A stretch of 64,000 nt of DNA from Podarcis bocagei (Eukaryota). This document shows, one piece after another, positions 11,992 through 26,304 of the stretch. Every line of letters starts with the position of its first letter. Position 1 is the first letter of the stretch. A program made the position numbers and the translations under genes. Where the stretch lies: assembly GCA_964188305.1 (NCBI GenBank), contig OZ076886.1; one strand, given 5' to 3'. Below the pieces are notes generated by a model. That model was not told the origin of the DNA. It saw nothing but the letters and a program-made list of their open reading frames with translations, and ran no database searches.

Positions 11992-12547
11992 TATAGTTCT
12001 TTGTTTTACTATACACCTGCCCAGTCCTTAATGAAAACCACCACAAGAAACATTGCCCACTTGTTGATTCCCATAAGCATTCAGATGAATACTGCCTCCA
12101 ACGCTAGGTACAACATAGCTATCATGGCAAGCAACCACTGATCGCCTTGTCCCCTACGCTGACTCTTATTCCTCCCCATAGGGATCGGCCTCATATTGTA
12201 ATATTTCAAATTCATGAGAACTTTCATCTTCTGAAGGATCTGGGGGTTGGGTTAAATCAGCATCCCTCTGAATCTGAAACCTCTCTCACACACAAAGCCT
12301 TCCTTTTTCTTCCAAATCTGTGACTGGTGTGGAAACAGAGCAACTGAGCATCTGAAGTGCAGCAGAGCAACTTAACATCTTGGGAGATTGTATGGGTATG
12401 GCATCACTGGGGACCTCAGTGGGGCAGCTTTGGGGCTGTCCTGCTGTATGCCTGCTTGTGGTGCTGACAAGGGAGAGTTGCTCCATCAGCCTGCATGTTG
12501 CTTTTATCTTATCAGATTCCCATTACAAATGACGGCTTTCAACAATA

Positions 12548-12773
12548 CAGTGGTACCTTGGGTTACATACGCTTCAGGTTACAGACTCTGCTAACCCAGA
12601 AATAATACTTCGGGTTAAGAACTTTGCTTCAGGATGAGAACAGAAATTGTGCTCTGACGGCACGGTGGCAGCAAGAGGCCCCATTAGCTAAAGTGGTGCT
12701 TCAGGTTAACAACAGTTTCAGGTTAAGAACGAACCTCCGGAACGAATTAAGTACTTAACCTGAGGTACCACTG
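12548..12773. mobile_element. MITE family A (opposite orientation)
   Basis: Same TIRs, TA TSD. Confidence 0.9.
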
Positions 12774-13659
12774 TATAGTAATTCCTATTCCTCCATCCTT
12801 GCTTAATAAAAACTTTATAAGCAGTGCATTAAATGTTATGCCTAATAATCACTTATCATAATATAAAACAGAATGGGATACTAATAAAACACATGTGCAA
12901 TGTATTTTCCTGAAACTGGACAGGAAGTTGAAATTACATTTATTTCTGGGAAATCATGGGTGCTTGATCTTTGTCACCAATGGGCAAGGTACAGCAGACC
13001 AGGGTGAACCAAGTTATGTGGGTGGCACAAGGCAGAAGTTAGGACAGAAGAGGAAGGATCAACCCAGAACTGAAGTCCAACCAACAGATACAGGAATGGA
13101 AAGCTCTTGTTATTCAAACAAGACTTCACTGGAAGAGGAAGCCCTCTGAAAGTCCTTTCTGTCCCAGAGAATCCAATAGCCAGCCTAGATGGACAGAGCC
13201 AAGTCACATCCTAAGGCTACTGAACTGCTTGTGCAAATATTGCAACATGCAATTTAGTTGCTCACCACGTACACAGGGTAGCTGCACACAAACTCAAAAG
13301 CCTTCCAGTTCAAGCCCCAGCAGCTCTTGACAATCTTTCATAAATATTTGCTCATTTGTGCTGCCTTGCTCAGGTAAATGCAGCAGTCTTTCCCCCCCCA
13401 AAAAATGTTGTTTGTTGTTTACTGTTTCACTGGATAACATGGATGAGGAGGTCACAGTTATACACCTGATTGACAGCAGCAAAAGAGCACACCGTGGCTG
13501 AGCTGAAATGTCAGCAGCAATTCCAGTCCTTTAAAAAATGGTTTGTTCATTCTTATCTTTCATACCAATGAATTTTAATTTTGCTGTAAATGAAGATCCT
13601 GCACTATTGTCCCAAAGTTCACTAGGGTTACAAGTAAGCAGGAGATTAATCATCATCAA

Positions 13660-14870
13660 ACCTTTTATTGGCATCACATACAAACATCGAAAACAAATCA
13701 ATACAGAATGACCACTTCCCCAGTGGCACAAAACATTTGCTAAAAGAAAGGAGGCAGAGCAATCTATCGTCAAATCTCTTGGTCTCCAGGGAGATCAGAC
13801 GTCTTCAGTGTATTTTGACGACAAAAAACCAAATAGTGATATTTAGCCACTAACTTGGTGAGATCGTGAGCATTCCCCAGTAATAGAAAATGTATGACCT
13901 CCAACTCTGGTTTCCATTTGGGGATACAGAGTTGATCTAGAAATTGCTGGCGGAGATCAGCATATGGTTTACAATGAAGAACCATCTGTGTAAGGGTTTC
14001 CACCAGGTGGTCTTCACATGGGCAAGTTCTTTCTCCTTCCACCCTGCCTGAGAACCTTCCCCAAAGGAGGTTTGATGGATTTGAATGAAACCTGGCCAGT
14101 GAAAATGCCCTTCTTTCTTGAGGGTTAAGCGGAAATTCAAGGTAATTGTGGTTAGTTTCATGTGCCCAAGAAAGTTGAAAATAAAGAGGGGAACATGTTT
14201 TCTCTGCTGCTACTGTTAGTTCTTGGCGTTCAATATCCCACAACCTAGTTTTTATTATAGCCTTGGCATATGGTAGGGACATTGATCACAAAAGTTCCAC
14301 TGACAGTCTGAGTTGCTGTACCTTCTTGTTAAACTGTTGTAGCCCTGGGGGAAAGAAAGGGGTCTAACTAAACTTTGCTGAGGAGAGGATCTTTAATTGA
14401 TGTAAGGCAGATGTTTAGCCAGCATAGACAGAATCTCGCCCAGGTGACAGTCTCTGCCTTGTGTTGATCTCCCTCTAGACACAAGGCTGCATAGGGTACA
14501 CAGTGTGGGACAGTAAAAATCTTGAAGAGGAAAGCTGTCTGCACTCATTCTACCAACTGGGTAAACCCCGGCAGCCAGACTGGAATACCATAGAGCAACT
14601 GAGCTATAATTTTGGCATTGAAGACCTTAAGGGCAGAAGGGATATGCGAATTATCTCTTATTATGAAAAAACGCATTATGACCTGCATAGACATCTTACT
14701 GGCATTCACCGCAGTTGCACAGTACGTGGACCAGAGAAGCCTATGATGGAATGTAATTCCCAGATAGTTGAATTTGAATACCAAGCAGGAGATTGTGTTG
14801 GGTGTTGACTTATAACAGTAGTGCTTTACTTCCCTATGTAGAAAGAGCCCTTGAAATTTAATGGGGTTCC
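13660..14870 (-). mobile_element. Degraded non-LTR retrotransposon 3' portion (RT C-terminus + CCHC knuckle)
   Basis: FNYLGITF, ALKVFNAKIIAQLLYGIPVW, RRAFSLARF..ERTCPC..VETL..VLHC..Y. Confidence 0.8.
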
Positions 14871-14899
14871 GTATGAAAGGCTAAACCAGGGATGGGGAA

Positions 14900-15163
14900 T
14901 GTTATGTACTGAAGTTCTCATCCTGGGCCAGCAGGGGGATACTGTAGATAGTTTTTACTCAGGTCCACATATGCAAATAAGGGATCGAAAGTGACATTCA
15001 GTGATTCGATAGTTACAGAAAGTTGTTACAGTTACGTTGTACTGGAGCTCTATATAAGCAGCCTGGCTGAACCCTTCAGTTCAGTTTTTTTCTGACCTGT
15101 GAATAAACGAGAGCTGTTTGGAGAATCGCTGTGTCGTCTGATATGTTCACCCACAACTTAACA
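14900..15163 (+). mobile_element. Solo LTR
   Basis: TG...CA ends, 5-bp TSD GGGAA, internal octamer ATGCAAAT, TATATAA and AATAAA. Confidence 0.8.
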
Positions 15164-15552
15164 GGGAACCTATAGAACACTCTCAGTTTCTATACTTAAA
15201 ACAAATTACTCAAACCATCTGAGGACACCCATTTTTCTTTGGGGGGGGAAGAGGGCAAAACCTCTTCTTCACCTTCATCTTTGGATAGATAACATTTTGT
15301 TGCTCCCATAAAGTACTCCTGTTTTTGCACCTTAGAGCTATATTGTATCCTACATGCTCCTTTCCTACAGCCAATGCAAAACAGCTGGTTTGAGGTATTG
15401 CTTAACATATTAGAAGTGGATATCAAGATAGACATTTTCTGCTCCCACAGGTAGCTGAGCCCTGCTTTTACTTTGCTTGTACCTATTTAGTTACCAAAGT
15501 ATTTATATGCCACTATATCATAAAAAATCAAAGCACTTTACATCAACCACAT

Positions 15553-15616
15553 TAGAATAGAATAGAATAGAATAGAATAGAATAGAATAGAATAGAATAG
15601 AATAGAATAGAATAGA
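15553..15616. repeat. (AATAG)n microsatellite
   Basis: Seen directly. Confidence 0.95.
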
Positions 15617-16240
15617 AACATACAATAGAATCCAGGTGAAAATTTAAGAGATCATCAATGAACTGCTACAGAAATAAGTTTTCTTAATTGCCTGCATAAG
15701 CTTGGCAACACAGAAATGTTTTCAGATGGCCCTGAAGGATTAAAATAGAAAGCACTGGCTGGATTCCACTGGAAAAGCATTCCACAGAACAAGATGTATA
15801 TAAAACAATAACACATCTTTGCAGTGCGTTGTCACTTCCTCTGCTTTAGTATGTGACAAACCCAATTGCCGGTGGAAGAAAAGTGGAGACCCACGAGGAG
15901 AGTAACTGCAATGCAGCTTCATAAGCCCAGAGAGGGGGAAATTGTTTAATGAGCCATGAGTGCAGATGCTCCGCTGCATCAAAGAAGCATTGATTCAATG
16001 TGTACTTCCAGCATAAATATAGCAGCAAAGAAATGGAAAATGCACTATCATATCAGAAGCATAGAGAACCCTTCTGAGGAAAGGGCCAGAGAGAGAGAGC
16101 TGTGGCTCAGAGGTGGAGGACTTGCTTTGACTGATCAAGTCTCCTTTATGCTTTGCGTGTTACTGCTCCCAGGTTCAATGCTTGGCATCTTCAGGTAGGG
16201 CTGGGAAAGATTTCTGTAGTTCATTACAGGATAAACAATA

Positions 16241-16466
16241 CAGTGGTACCTCGGGTTAAGAACTTAATTCGTTCTGGAGGTCTGTTCTTAACCTGAAACT
16301 GTTCTTAACCTGAAGCACCACTTTAGCTAATGGGGCCTCCTGCTGCTGCCACACCGCTGGAGCATGATTTCTGTTCTCATCCTGAAGCAAAGTTCTTAAC
16401 CCAAGGTAATATTTATGGGTTAGCGGAGTCTGTAACCTGAAGCGTATGTAACCCGAGGTACCACTG
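16241..16466. mobile_element. MITE family A
   Basis: Same TIRs, TA TSD. Confidence 0.9.
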
Positions 16467-17349
16467 TACTGAACTATTTCTTTATTTAACAAAATGTATA
16501 TACCCCATACTGTAGCAGTAAATTCAGAAGGACCAGTTTCCCTCCTTGATAGTCACAGGCACATTCCCTCACATCTATGCTCCCTTTGAAGATTATACAA
16601 TAATTTTTATAAATTTAAAATAATAATAGTAATTAGGTATGTGTTTCACTGATCAATGCGCTGATCTCTCTGTGTTACCTTTCAGCTAGATCTACAATTT
16701 TCTGAGCATGTAAATGGGCAAGTGATTTGGAGTGCTGCAATATCTTCTTTCAGAGTAACTTAAGATGTGTTTTGCTTAAGTCCCCATTGTATGTCACAGA
16801 ACTTGCACACAATTCACTTGAAACCGAGGCACCTTGTGTGTTCTTCTCGCATGCCTTCTCCAGGGTGATCCTAGAAGCCGATCTTCAGTGGCTGACTTGA
16901 CTCCTTTCACTCTGATTGCCTCCCATCTGAACATAGGGAGAGAAGATTTCTTCTCAGTTGCTAAAAAGTTCCCCTTTCATGCTGATTGGGTAGCTGTAGG
17001 ATGCTGGAGATCAGTGGTGCCAACTTACATAATAAAAAGGGGGGGGAGAGTAAGCCCTGTCCTGCATAATCGATCACATGACACGGTGCATGGACACCAT
17101 TTGAATGGCAATGACCATCAACTTTGGGGGGGCACCTCAAATATTTCATTGGGGGGCGAAAACCCCTTGGCCCCTAGGAGTTGGCTCCTATGCTAGAGAG
17201 GGACAATACGGCAGAAGTAGTAAGAGGTCTTTGACTGTCTGCGACCACAAACCACTGAACCACTTCCTCTCAGTGGTTTATAACTAGATGGAACAATGAT
17301 TTTACTTGGGATAAGGTAGCTTCCTGGGTCCCAGATAAAGAACTGGATA

Positions 17350-17591
17350 CAGTGGTACCTCGGGTTAAGTACTTAATTCGTTCCGGAGGTCCGTTCTTAA
17401 CCTGAAACTGTTCTTAACCTGAAGCACCACTTTAGCTAATGGGGCCTCCTGCTGCCGCCGCGCCGCCGGAGCACGATTTCTGTTCTCATCCTGAAGCAAA
17501 GTTCTTAACCTGAAGCACGATTTCTGGGTTAGCAGAGTCTGTAAGCTGAAGCGTATGTAAGCTGAAGCGTATGTAACCTGAGGTACCACTG
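17350..17591. mobile_element. MITE family A
   Basis: Same TIRs, TA TSD. Confidence 0.9.
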
Positions 17592-20328
17592 TATAGGAAA
17601 ACATGCAGGTTTGTGTATTCATATAACTGATCTTACATGCTTGTTGTTAAATACATTTCATTATCTGTTTTTTCTACATTACATTGGACAGGCATCCTCC
17701 TTGAATCGGTGACATGTCTTTTGATAGCTATAATGTGAGGAAGAAACTGAAGTGAGGGGAAAGGTATAAACAAACTATCTGGCTGCAAACAGAATAGATG
17801 GGATGAATTGTGCCAGCACATGACCTATGAGCAAAATGGTTCTGCTGTCCATGTGGTATTCTCCCTCCATGTCAAAGTACATCTTGGAGTCTTCCAAAAC
17901 TTCCAAAACTGGACTGATCTTTCAGCACACCAGATTGCGCTACAGATGTGCAAGAGTTTTGCCAGACATTGTCATCTGGGCAATTAATATCCATAGAAGG
18001 CTCGGTCTCATTATCTGTTGATGTTCCATCACAGTACTGTAGTCGGGTTGCCAACCTGAGCTTTAGGACTGCAACTCTCATCAGCCCTGGACAGCATATT
18101 TATAACTAGCAAAAACACTATAAACCATAAGTACCCGGTGACCTCTTTCCAAAGGAAACTAAATCTGGGTAAGTAGCCCTGGAACTTCTCACCACTCAGA
18201 GAACTGGGGTGAATATAATTATAATACTTCTTGGCTTGGAGTTGACATTGTCCCATTGATGGAAGGCACCCTTCATCCCAGGGTCACTCCAGTAAACAGT
18301 GCTGTTAACAACAATGGCATAACATTGCTATGCTAGCTAATTTTGTGCTCTACCATAAGGGTTGTTTGGTTTGCATTCTTAGTGCTATTCATCTAAATTA
18401 CTTGGGAGCAGGCACACTGTTAGTCCTTCAGTTCCTTTCCTTTGCATTTCTTCCTTGTCTATGCCCAGCATTTATATTTATCAGGTTTTCCTTCTATAGA
18501 GAATTAATGAAGGGAAAGGCTTCTCCAAGAAGCGTGCAGCAAAATTTAGCCAAAGGAAAGCACTTTTCATTAGGTGAGTTGAGCATATGCTTACATCTCT
18601 GCCAATGAGATCAATGGGACAAGCAGCACAATCCTGTATATGTCTACTCAAAAGTAAGCCCCATTGAGCTCAAGACCAATCATATTTGCATTTCCTTGGG
18701 AGTAAGTTCCATTTAACTCAATGGGATTTACTTCTGTGTAGACATTCTTGCCTAAGATTGCTTTGAACAGCAACATGGGCCTTGTTTTCTAAGGCTTGGA
18801 AGAGGCTCGGTTTCTTAATTGCACTTTATTGAAGGATATTGCTAATGGTTATGCCAATTATTCAACATTAAGATCTGAAAAAGATCAAAGACTGAAATAG
18901 AGAGGTACAAAATTGGCAAGCTGTTCTGTGAAAATAATGTATTGTCTCTGTTTTTGTTTTTTTTTAAAAAAAACAGGTAGCAGAAAATAGCTTCCCCACA
19001 CTGTAAAAATGATCAAAGCCAAAATGGAATTTCTTGTAATTTGATGAGATTTTGCTTTCCATCACAGCACCAGATTATTCCCATATGTACCCAATTGGAC
19101 AGGCTCCTTTCAATTTCTTCTCAACACTGCAAACAGATGCAGTAAGCTGAAATTCTGCTCTAAAGGAGTTCACTGTGGTTTTATTTATTTCTGAAGGTTT
19201 CAGCTGCCAAATTAATGAAGAGCAAATGATTCAGGGGCTGGTTTTGGATCATGGCTCCATTTAAAATTTCTAAAAGATCTTTTGCATGCCAAGTCTTGCC
19301 CCCCAAATTGCAGCATTAATGCTCAGACAAAACACATATAACCACGGATATGATTCCTGGATAACAGAGAATTGCTATTTTAATTGACAAAAAAGTCTAA
19401 AGAAAGATAGAAAGAAAAGGGCAAGTTTTTGCAAGCATTCTCAAAACAAACAAACAAAAACCTTTTCTGTCTGGCAAACCTGTAAGCTCCCAGATATAAA
19501 ATGACAGGAATTCATCCAATGGGATTAAATGCAATCTCACTCCCAAAAGCAACTGTAGATAACTTTCTCATTATAAAACATGATGGAACAAAGGTATATC
19601 ATTTTAAGATGGACATTTCACCAAGACACTTTTAAGATTCAAACAACTGGTCATGCATACTTGTTGTTAAATACATTTCATTATCTGACACAACCTATGA
19701 AAGTTCATGTTCTTACAAGAAAACGGTGCTCCCGCCTGAGCCCTTTGCACATTTACTCAGAAGGAAGTCACACTGTGTTCAGTGGTGCGCACTCCCACAT
19801 AAGTGTGTGCAGGATTGCAAATTTAGTTTTTAAGCTGCTGCAAAGACCAACTATTTTATAGTTCTAATAGAGATCCCCAGGCCATCAGGGCTGAACTAGG
19901 AATGCAAAAAGGCATCATTTTCTGCTCCACCTCGTACCCACCACATGCAGTGTTGTTTCTGTGCTGCTGCAGTTCGCTTTCTATGGTAAGAATGTTACGT
20001 GACTCACAAAGTTAATAATGTGATTGGTTATGTTACTGTTACACAATTCCATACAATTTATTACAATGGGGGTGGATGGGATATCATCAATTATTGGGGG
20101 CCGGAAGAATTATGACAGTGAATACCGATCCCATTCATCCGCTTGATTTCCGTTCCTGTTTGCCAATGAACACCAAACTGATGCAATTTCTGGTCCTGTT
20201 TCCCATTTTGACAGAATTCTCTAACAGCTCTACTCTTAAATTCAACTTAACTCCTCTGTGGATTATAGTCTTACTTTTTGAGAAGGTTTTATATCATGCC
20301 AGTGATTTAGAGTTTTGTCCCTCTAGGA

Positions 20329-20514
20329 CAGGGGTAGTCAACCTTTTTATACCTACTGCCCACTAATGCATCTTTCTTGATGGTAAAATTTCCTTACCGC
20401 CCACCAGTGCTAAATGGAAGGAGGATTCAGCTTGTGCCATAGAACCCCCTACCGCCCACCTAGAATCCTTAAATGCCCACTAGTGAGCAGTAGGGACCAG
20501 GTTGACAACCTCTG
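20329..20514. mobile_element. hAT MITE inserted in a ZP-like exon remnant
   Basis: CAGGGGTAGTCAAC...GTTGACAACCTCTG; TSD CTCTAGGA/CTCTAGGG. Confidence 0.85.
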
Positions 20515-21305
20515 CTCTAGGGTAATGTTAATTATCTGTTGTGTTCTTTTCTTGGCTTAAGAATGGTCTATCCATGGGTTTCTTTAACAATATCAGTGGT
20601 GGTCAAAATGCATGCCATGCCTGCCAGTGTTCAAGTTTGTCTATTGATCAGCTGATAAAAGGGCAGAAAGGGCAGGCTGGAAACTTCCTGGCTTCACAGG
20701 CTGCACTTGGAGCCAATTTATTTTACCAATGGCCAGATATAAATTCAGAATGAACTTCTGGTGGAAAGCTAACATTATATTAATAATAGAGGGGTGTGTA
20801 CAATAAAACTCCAGGGCTTATTGTTCATATATGTGAAAAGGCCCTTTTACTTCAGCTTTTCCAACATCGCCCGGAAACTCTGGCTTTCAAGAAGTGTGGT
20901 GTTAATGATGATCCTGGACATTAATTTCTTTTAATGAACAGACATTAGGTGACTGCTAAGCACAAAGAGGTACTTGCAAGTCTGGAAAGTTTCTGGCAAA
21001 GAACAAATGGTGAGAATTATCAGCTTGCTAATTTGGATTCCGAAACAGAAAGACTTTCAATGAAAAACAGACATCCTATGGATTCCTAAATGGCATAAAA
21101 TGAACTACAATATTAAATAAATTTGAATGGTAAAGCATTAAAGCTAATAACAAGAGAATACAGTAATAACAAGTACAGTACTTCATTATGAGACTGCTTA
21201 GCCAATTCATAATGCTTAGCAGGTTGACCATTATACCAGTGCAAGCCAGAATGCACAAAAAGTATACATTTCCTACAAAGAAACAAAACTTTTGATTCTT
21301 GAGCA

Positions 21306-21630
21306 TACAGTGTACCTGAAGGAGCGTCTCCACCTCCATCATTCTGCCCGGACACTTAGGTCCAGCGCCGAGGGCCTTCTGGCGGTTCCCTCGCTGCGAG
21401 AAGCCAAGTTACAGGGAACCAGGCAGAGGGCCTTCTCGGTAGTGGCACCCGCCCTGTGGAACGGCCTCCCATCAGATGTCAAAGAGATAAATAATTGCCT
21501 GACATTCAGAAGACATCTTAAGGCAGCCCTGTTCAGGGAAGTTTTTAATATGTAACGCTGTACTGTTTTTAACGCTGATTGGGAGCTGCCCAGAGTGGCT
21601 GGGGAAACTCAGCCAGATGGGCGGGGTATA

Positions 21631-21679
<49 letters not shown>
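21306..21679 (+). mobile_element. L2-type LINE 3' end with (AAT)n tail
   Basis: RTLRSS..LLAVP..RAFSVVAPALWNGLP..FRRHLKAALF. Confidence 0.85.
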
Positions 21680-24600
21680 TCAAAGTAGTGGGTTCCCCTC
21701 AAACCCACCCCCTTGAGGTTTCTCAGAAGACCAGGCCACTCTTGCTCCAGAGTAGACCTGGTGAACGCATTGGTCTCGGAACTCAGGAATCCAGTTCATC
21801 ACAGGACTCTCCAAAGGGCTTCTCTCAACTTCTTGTGTTTAAGTCTCAGTCCCTTTCTTCTACTTGGCTGGTACCTGCGTACCATCAGCACAGGAAGCAC
21901 TACCACTCCTTCGTTTACCCTAGCAACCTTTCCCTTGGTTCCCTAGGAATTGAGGTTGCTACCATCCTACTTGGCCTGCCATTGGCAGCACTGAGGCAGA
22001 GGGAGCCGCCCTCTTCTATGCCCATCCGTTTTCCTATAAGCATCTATACTTTGAGAGGGTTGGGGTTTTTTGCAGCTGTCTCCTCCCCTCTTCTCTCTCT
22101 TTCAAACCCACACCGTTTCTGTTTCATCTCTGTACACTGAGAGAGTAGGGTTACCATTCATCCAGAACTTGGTCGCTAGAGAAGCGTTCTGCAAATACAG
22201 AGGCACGAGCTGATTACAGATGCCTCCTCATAATGAGGCTGCACCTCAACAACAGAACATATCCTTTGCTTACAGATATTTCCTCGTTCAATCCCTGGCA
22301 TTTTCAATTAAAAACAATCCCTCCCTAGGGAGTTGCCACAAGCCAGAGAAGACTCTGCACTCAGTAAACAATACTGGGCCGGACAGATGGATACTCGCTT
22401 CATATTTTTACACTTGGAGCTTTTTATGTGGAGCTCACTTATTTAGTTGTTCCTGGTTAAAGTTAAAGTTTTATCAGAGCTTAATAAAACAAGGGAACGT
22501 GGTTCTTTATCTTTCCACACACTAAATGATTAAGTGCTACGCAGAATTTCTGTCAAGGATGCTAAGCTGTCACTGATATTCTCTTGTAAGGCCAAGCACA
22601 AGAAAACAATCTGTTCCCATCTTTATATGCTGTTCAGTACTTATATGCTTAGCTTTCCATTAATTATTATTTGATTGAGATAAGTAATCCTTACACTGAA
22701 CTTTAAATCCTCCAGTGCTTACAATTAGCTCCACTTTGCTGGATCATGAAGCATTTTCTGATTTAGCCAGTTGTGAGCCCCGAAGGTCAACAACAATTAT
22801 ATTTAATACTGAAAATAAATAGGAAAAGATGCAAGAAAGCTAGCACAGAGACACTGTAATGGCCTGGGGATTCGGAGACATACAGGGAGACATCACAAAG
22901 ATGATAAAGATATAGGGGAAAGCTTTCAAAATAATGCAGTTTTCATCTTGCCTTTATCTGTTACTAGAGAAACAAAATAAAAGCAGAACTAGTGAAACAT
23001 ATACTGATTTTGAGGATAACAGGCGTCCTGGCATGGGTGATTTTGTGGATAGTAACATTATATTGTTTAGTTACTAAGTGGCTCTGGATTTACAGCCCAT
23101 CAGGACTGCTGTTTTATTGTGGTTGTCATCGCTGCATTAATAGTGCATTTGAAGTTATACTGGAGCCTCTACACATCATCCTTCCTTATCAGTTGTCCTG
23201 CAGTGTGTCCCCAATGTTCCTGCATCTATGCTTTAACTATGCCCATTCTATTGTCTGCATTCCCACCATCCCCAATCCCCCCTTTCATCCCATGGGCTAA
23301 ACCACGCTTGCTTGTGGGGGGTAACCCACAGGAATGGCCACATCCAGCAACAACTAGAAGTATATAGGGGTGGCGGAACAGCACACATTTAACCTGCTCC
23401 CACCCCACCAGCAAAAGTACTTGTGCTATACCACAGTTCTTCCATTTTCACACTTTGTTTTCAAGTTCAGCCTCTGCTTGCTCATTTTCATTTTCATTTA
23501 CACACACACAAACAATCCACGGGGATGATATTTTCTGGCATCATCGGAAAGCACAAGGCCGTGGCTATGTCAAAAAGAAGCAGGTGCATTTTGACACATT
23601 GCTAAGGCCCTCAAACTACCGTATAGTGCATTAAAAGAGAGAGTGTAACAGGCACAGCAACATTTGTTTCTGGAAACTATGGAAAACTCAACAATTACAG
23701 TCAAAGCACTATAAGTGCTTTGAAAGGTTTGCAGATTCAAGAGGTGTTGAAAGCACCTGTGTATGACCATCCCGATAGCATCAAGAGCACAACTCATGAT
23801 GAATGCATGATAAAAAGATATCTGGAGGGAGCCTTAGTTGTATCTGCATGGAGCTCAAAGTTACATATTGCTGTTCTGTTCTTGATGGGAAAAGGTACAT
23901 TTTGGCTGGAATTGCTGACTGATGTTCTTCTTAAGCCTCCCATGATAAACAAGTTATATTTGCTGCTAAAAGAAACCTGTTTTGCCCATGAAATGAAAGC
24001 TAATAACGGCTAGTCTCATTTCTTGGGTGTGTGGGCGGGTGGGTGTAAAAGAGAGGGATAGAGGGTGCACAATACATTTGACCATGCTGTCCCAAGAATC
24101 TGGGGTGCTGATTGTATTCCTCTGAATTATTTCATGATTAGCTTGCAGCCCCTGTGATTCTGTAGCTCCAGGCAACTGTATGTATACTTCCTGCTGGGTT
24201 GGGCTAGCCCTGACTTTCACAAATGAGTGTAATGCCATTAATCCAGGCAGAGAAATTTGCAAGAGGAGAATTTTCCTGTGAAGGCTAACTCCCTTCCCAT
24301 GGGCACCCAGTGTCCATCCTGTCTTTAGAGGCAACTCATTCTGCATACACATCCAATACATGGAATGGCTAAGTCTGCTTTGACATTTTAAGGACCAAGC
24401 AATGTGTGCTCTGATGGTTCTGTTTTCTACAATCAGAGAAGCGGTCATAGTTGGCTAAACAGGTACATTTTGTTTTTGTTTTAATGAGGGCAGAGCCCAT
24501 TAAAATGAGCTTTATCTGCTTAATTACTTTAGGATTCAAGGAAGCCTTAATTGGTTTTTTGTTTTTTTTAATGGCTTCAGGCAGGCAATTATTATTGTTT

Positions 24601-25416
24601 CGGTGAACATTCTACTTTTTCTTGCATAAAGCTCATATGTATGCAAAAAGGAAGGAAGGAAGGAAGGAAGGAAAAAAATAAGAGATTAGTGGGGGCCATC
24701 TTCTAAAAATAGGTGCTGGAGTTCAGGTCTGGCCAGGTGCCATATATTCTAACCCAAACATCCTTGTCCCCTACTCCCAGATGTGTGGAATATGACTGCG
24801 GTTATTCAGTAGTAAGGGAAATACACTCTGAAAATGCTCAGACACTTCTTAAAGTTAGTTCTTAAAGTAAGACTTAAACTAGCGCCTATCAAGGCCACCT
24901 CTGTACATTTTCCCCCCTTAGAAAGCCCCCAAGCTATTTGCTTTTAAAGTAGAATAATACTGTACAATTTGCAAACAGTGAAGGGACACTTTGCATCCTG
25001 AGTAGATCTGGCAAGAATAAAAGAACCAAACTTTTATCTAAGCTTCACAGCAGACAATGGTCTGAGAAGCACATTTCATCATTCCTGTCTTGACAGTTTT
25101 CCCCAAGCACTACGCACTGAATGTGTTAGATTTAAATCTACCCCATTGTAAGGGACAGGCCATAAATGCTGTATAGAGCATGTGTTTGGCATGCAGGAAG
25201 TCCCAGGTTCAACCCTCGGCATTTCCAGGTCAGGCTAGGAGAGACCTCTGCTTGAGACCCTGGAGAGCTGCTTGTGGTCAGTGTAGATAACACAGAGCTC
25301 AATGGTCTGACATAAAAGGCAACTTCCTGTGCTTCCACTACTGGGAACTTGTAGTTTTGGACCAGACCTGCTGCTCCCATGCTTGGTATACACTGACTTG
25401 AAAGGCTGTATTAAAG

Positions 25417-26304
25417 CAGGGGTCAGCAAAGTTTTTTTGGCTTGGGCCGGTTCACGATCATGCAGACGCTGCGGTGGGCCGGAGTGTGCGCGTGCACACG
25501 CACATACGCATGCGCAAATGCTATTTCTGGTGTTCCTTCCAGCGTGGAGGAGGTGATTTTCTTTTCTTTTTTTCTTTTATTTGCATTAGCCAATGGCTGT
25601 AGCAACATAAAACAAGCAATATATACAATTAAAAAACAACAACAATGGATAAAAAGGACCATCAAGTGACCAAGACCATCGTTCAAATAGTGGCCCTTAA
25701 TCTCATTGCACCCTCGATAAACCTAGCTACCTTTGCTGTTGTCTGATCATTCTGATCTGACAACAGGAAGAACAATGTGGCCTCAGATGGGCGGCCTGGG
25801 ATGGTAAGTAGGAGTGGGGTGATGATCTCATTCCTCAGGTTTTTATAAAGGGGGCAAGACAGGAGAACATGAGCCTCTGTTTCCAGATTGCCATCTCCAC
25901 AGGGGCAGAGTCGCTTCTCAGTTGGAATCCTTCGGTATCTGCCCTCAAGTACGGCAGAGGGCATCACATCCAGTCTGGCCAATGTGAAGGCACGTCTGTA
26001 TTTTGGGATGGTTAATTTATACAAATATGGTGCCAGGGAGTCAAACTGAGTGGGGGGGGGAATGGAGGAGGTGTATGCAGCGTCCCATTGGTTGCAGGAG
26101 CTTCCAGTATATTTCTAGCCATCTTCCTGCAGCCAATGGGAAGCTGGTCAGTGTCACAGAAGGCGGTCCCTGCTCTGCTTCATGCCGGTTTAGCTGACCA
26201 AGATGGCGGCGGGGGTCCTCGAGTGGGAAGCGGGGTTCCATGGGCCAGTTAAATGACCCCCATGGGCTGCTTGTGGCCCATGGGCCTTAGGTAGCTGACC
26301 CCTG
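25417..26304. mobile_element. hAT MITE with a nested LINE 3' fragment (~25560-26035, minus)
   Basis: CAGGGGTCAGC...GCTGACCCCTG; TSD TATTAAAG/CATTAAAG. Internal ORF RRAFTLARL..ERLCPC..ETEAHVLLSCPLY-type CCHC C-terminus of a non-LTR ORF2. Confidence 0.8.

Noticed and set aside
17630-18330. Possible processed retrocopy or Ig pseudo-exon
   Set aside because: No poly(A) or TSD, and only 28 bp is shared with the upstream region. Better explained as a large decayed exon of the ZP-like gene.
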